Of a stretch of 64,000 bases of DNA, positions 62,223 to 64,000 are shown in pieces. Position numbers and translations under genes: made by a program. Source of the stretch: Octopus sinensis (taxonomy: Eukaryota); contig NC_043017.1 of NCBI RefSeq assembly GCF_006345805.1, positions 17,050,001 through 17,114,000 on the forward strand, given 5' to 3'. The notes below the pieces were generated by a model that saw only the letters and a list, made by a program, of their open reading frames with translations, was not told where the DNA came from and searched no databases. Each line of letters starts with the position of its first letter. The first letter of the stretch is position 1.

Positions 62223-62913
62223 TGGAAAATTTTGAACAATTGAGAAAATTGTTGAAGGTAAATAGTTAATTAGAAACTGTATATCCTAGTTTTTACAATA
62301 GGTGCATCATATCCTTGTTTGTTGTAAGGGGCAACCAAAAGGAAGGGCATCCAGCCATAAAGTACTGCCTCTAACCCATGCCAACATGGAAATGTGATCC
62401 TCTGTTTGGAATTAATCTGGTCATATGCTTCTTTTATTGATTGAAGGCAAACAACATACATGGTTAATATGAATCATGAAGCAACTTATTTGCACCTTCA
62501 TCTGAAGACAAATAAAGTATTGCAGGAAAAACAGAAAAAATATCAGGATGTAAACCCAGGTATGGCATGTAGTTGGATGCACCTGTGAAAAGAATGTCCA
62601 TATAAAAGAGCAAAGTGTTTTTGCTGTGGGTTTACAGGATATATAAAAACATGGAAAATTTTAAACAATTGAGAAAATTGTTGAAGGTAAATAGTTGATT
62701 AGAAACTGTATATCCTAGTTTTTACAATAGGTGCATCATATCCCTGTTTGTTGTAAGGGGCAACCAAAAGGAAGGGCATCCAGCCATAAAGTACTGCCTC
62801 TAACCCATGCCAACATGGAAATGTGATCCTCTGTTTGGAATTAATCTGGTCATATGCAAACAACATATATGGTTAATATGAATCATGAAGCAACTTATTT
62901 GCACCTTCATCTG
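62223..62913 (+). repeat. X-Y-X direct duplication, period 429 bp
   Basis: Has the same two junctions as 59470-60044. Confidence 0.95.
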
Positions 62914-63176
62914 TTAAAGTTTGGATTTCAAGGCTACACCACCCGGGTGGCTTTTTCAGTTACTTTTAAGAAGTTACAAACAATCAATCCGAAGACAAAA
63001 CTTACAAAATTAAAAAAAATATTGGTTTTTATCAAAAGGCTATAAAAGTAAAAATGTATAAAAGTTATAAACTATAAAAATGCTACAAAAAAGAAAAAAA
63101 GAACCCAGGAACATCTTTGTTTCTCAGTTCAAATATGTAAATTTTATTAATGTTAAAACTAAAAGATTTTACTTAA

Positions 63177-64000
63177 CCCTTTCGTTACCAAACCGCCCAA
63201 AGCCGCCTGAAAAAAATTTTGGTTTATGAGACCAAACCGCCCAAAGCCGCCCGAATTTACCTATTCATATTTAAATGAGAATATCAGAGCAAATCTCTTC
63301 AGTACATTCGTGAAAACACGTATTATACTTCGTAAACAGTTCAACTACAGTTTTGTACAATAATCGAAGTGTAATTTTAATTCCGTGAATTTTGGGAGAT
63401 TTTTTTCCGAAATTTGTTCCTATTGTGTTTTTTCAAAATTTGTAATTCTGACAAAAAATGGATACGAATTTCATTATATCAAGCAGCGAGTCAGAATTCG
63501 AAGGATTTTCTACTGAAGACCTTCATAAATCTAACTCTATGACTGAAAAAAAAAAGCATGTGGTATTTGATAATGAATCTGATGTTTCATTTTCCGAAAG
63601 TGAAAACAGTGAATCTGAGATCTCCGATAGCGATAAAGAAAATGAATTGGCACCTGAATGGAGTGAAAATTTAAAAACTGTTTCTTTCGGTGATTTTTCT
63701 GAAGAAACTGGACCAAGCCACAGACTTTCCCAGAAGAGTAAAGCCTTAAACTATTTCTTTTTACTTTTTCGAATGAGCCTATTTGAAATCATTACGGTGA
63801 AAACGAACCGTTACGCTAAACGTAAACAAAGCGAAAGAAACGATAGTTTGTTATTTCCCACAACCTTAAATGAAATTAAGGCCTATTTTGCCATAAATAT
63901 TATTATGGGTATCAGAAAGTTACCCAGAATAACAAATTCTATCGTAAAATTTTGTTGTATACCCAATTGAATATTAGCTAATAACCCATTTTCTCTAGCG
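63177..64000 (+). mobile_element. piggyBac element left end with truncated transposase ORF (63458-63970)
   Basis: TTAA-CCCTTTCGTTAC, 21-bp subterminal direct repeats (63187-63207, 63231-63251), acidic N-terminus, then FFLLF...TNRYA...TTLNEIKAYFAINIIMGIRKLPRI. The ORF stops before the catalytic DDD core. Confidence 0.9.

Noticed and set aside
63458-63970. Domesticated PGBD gene
   Set aside because: The TIR and TTAA are still present and the ORF ends before the catalytic core, so it is treated as a defective transposon.

Overview
AT-rich, repeat-dense animal genomic DNA. It is probably octopus or another coleoid cephalopod; this is inferred from memory of the repeat complement, not from a database search. 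One protein-coding gene is well supported: a + strand annexin of the ANXA7/ANXA11 type. It has a Gly/Tyr/Pro/Gln low-complexity N-terminus (360-nt exon containing a 27-bp coding tandem repeat), a 23-nt microexon, and five core exons encoding annexin repeats 1-2 (52369-62217). Repeats 3-4 lie beyond the window. A probable first coding exon at 3424-3462 implies a ~44.8-kb intron. The rest is nested transposable elements: tRNA-derived SINEs, RTE, CR1-like, R4-like, RTEX-like and Penelope retroelement fragments, Gypsy remnants, a solo LTR, mariner and piggyBac relics, MITEs and long TA microsatellites. No rRNA, genuine tRNA gene or CRISPR array was seen, and most of the supplied ORF track is repeat noise. 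Best leads: (1) a reciprocal Y-X-Y / X-Y-X 429-bp rearrangement at two sites 2.3 kb apart, whose SNP mosaic fits integration of a circular or tandem donor; (2) a tRNA-headed Penelope terminal repeat carrying a minimal hammerhead ribozyme, plus several fold-back elements with hammerhead-like cores; (3) RTE LINEs with a PHD finger inside the reverse transcriptase. All coordinates were counted by hand. Exon boundaries are intended to be exact; repeat boundaries may be off by a few to tens of bases.
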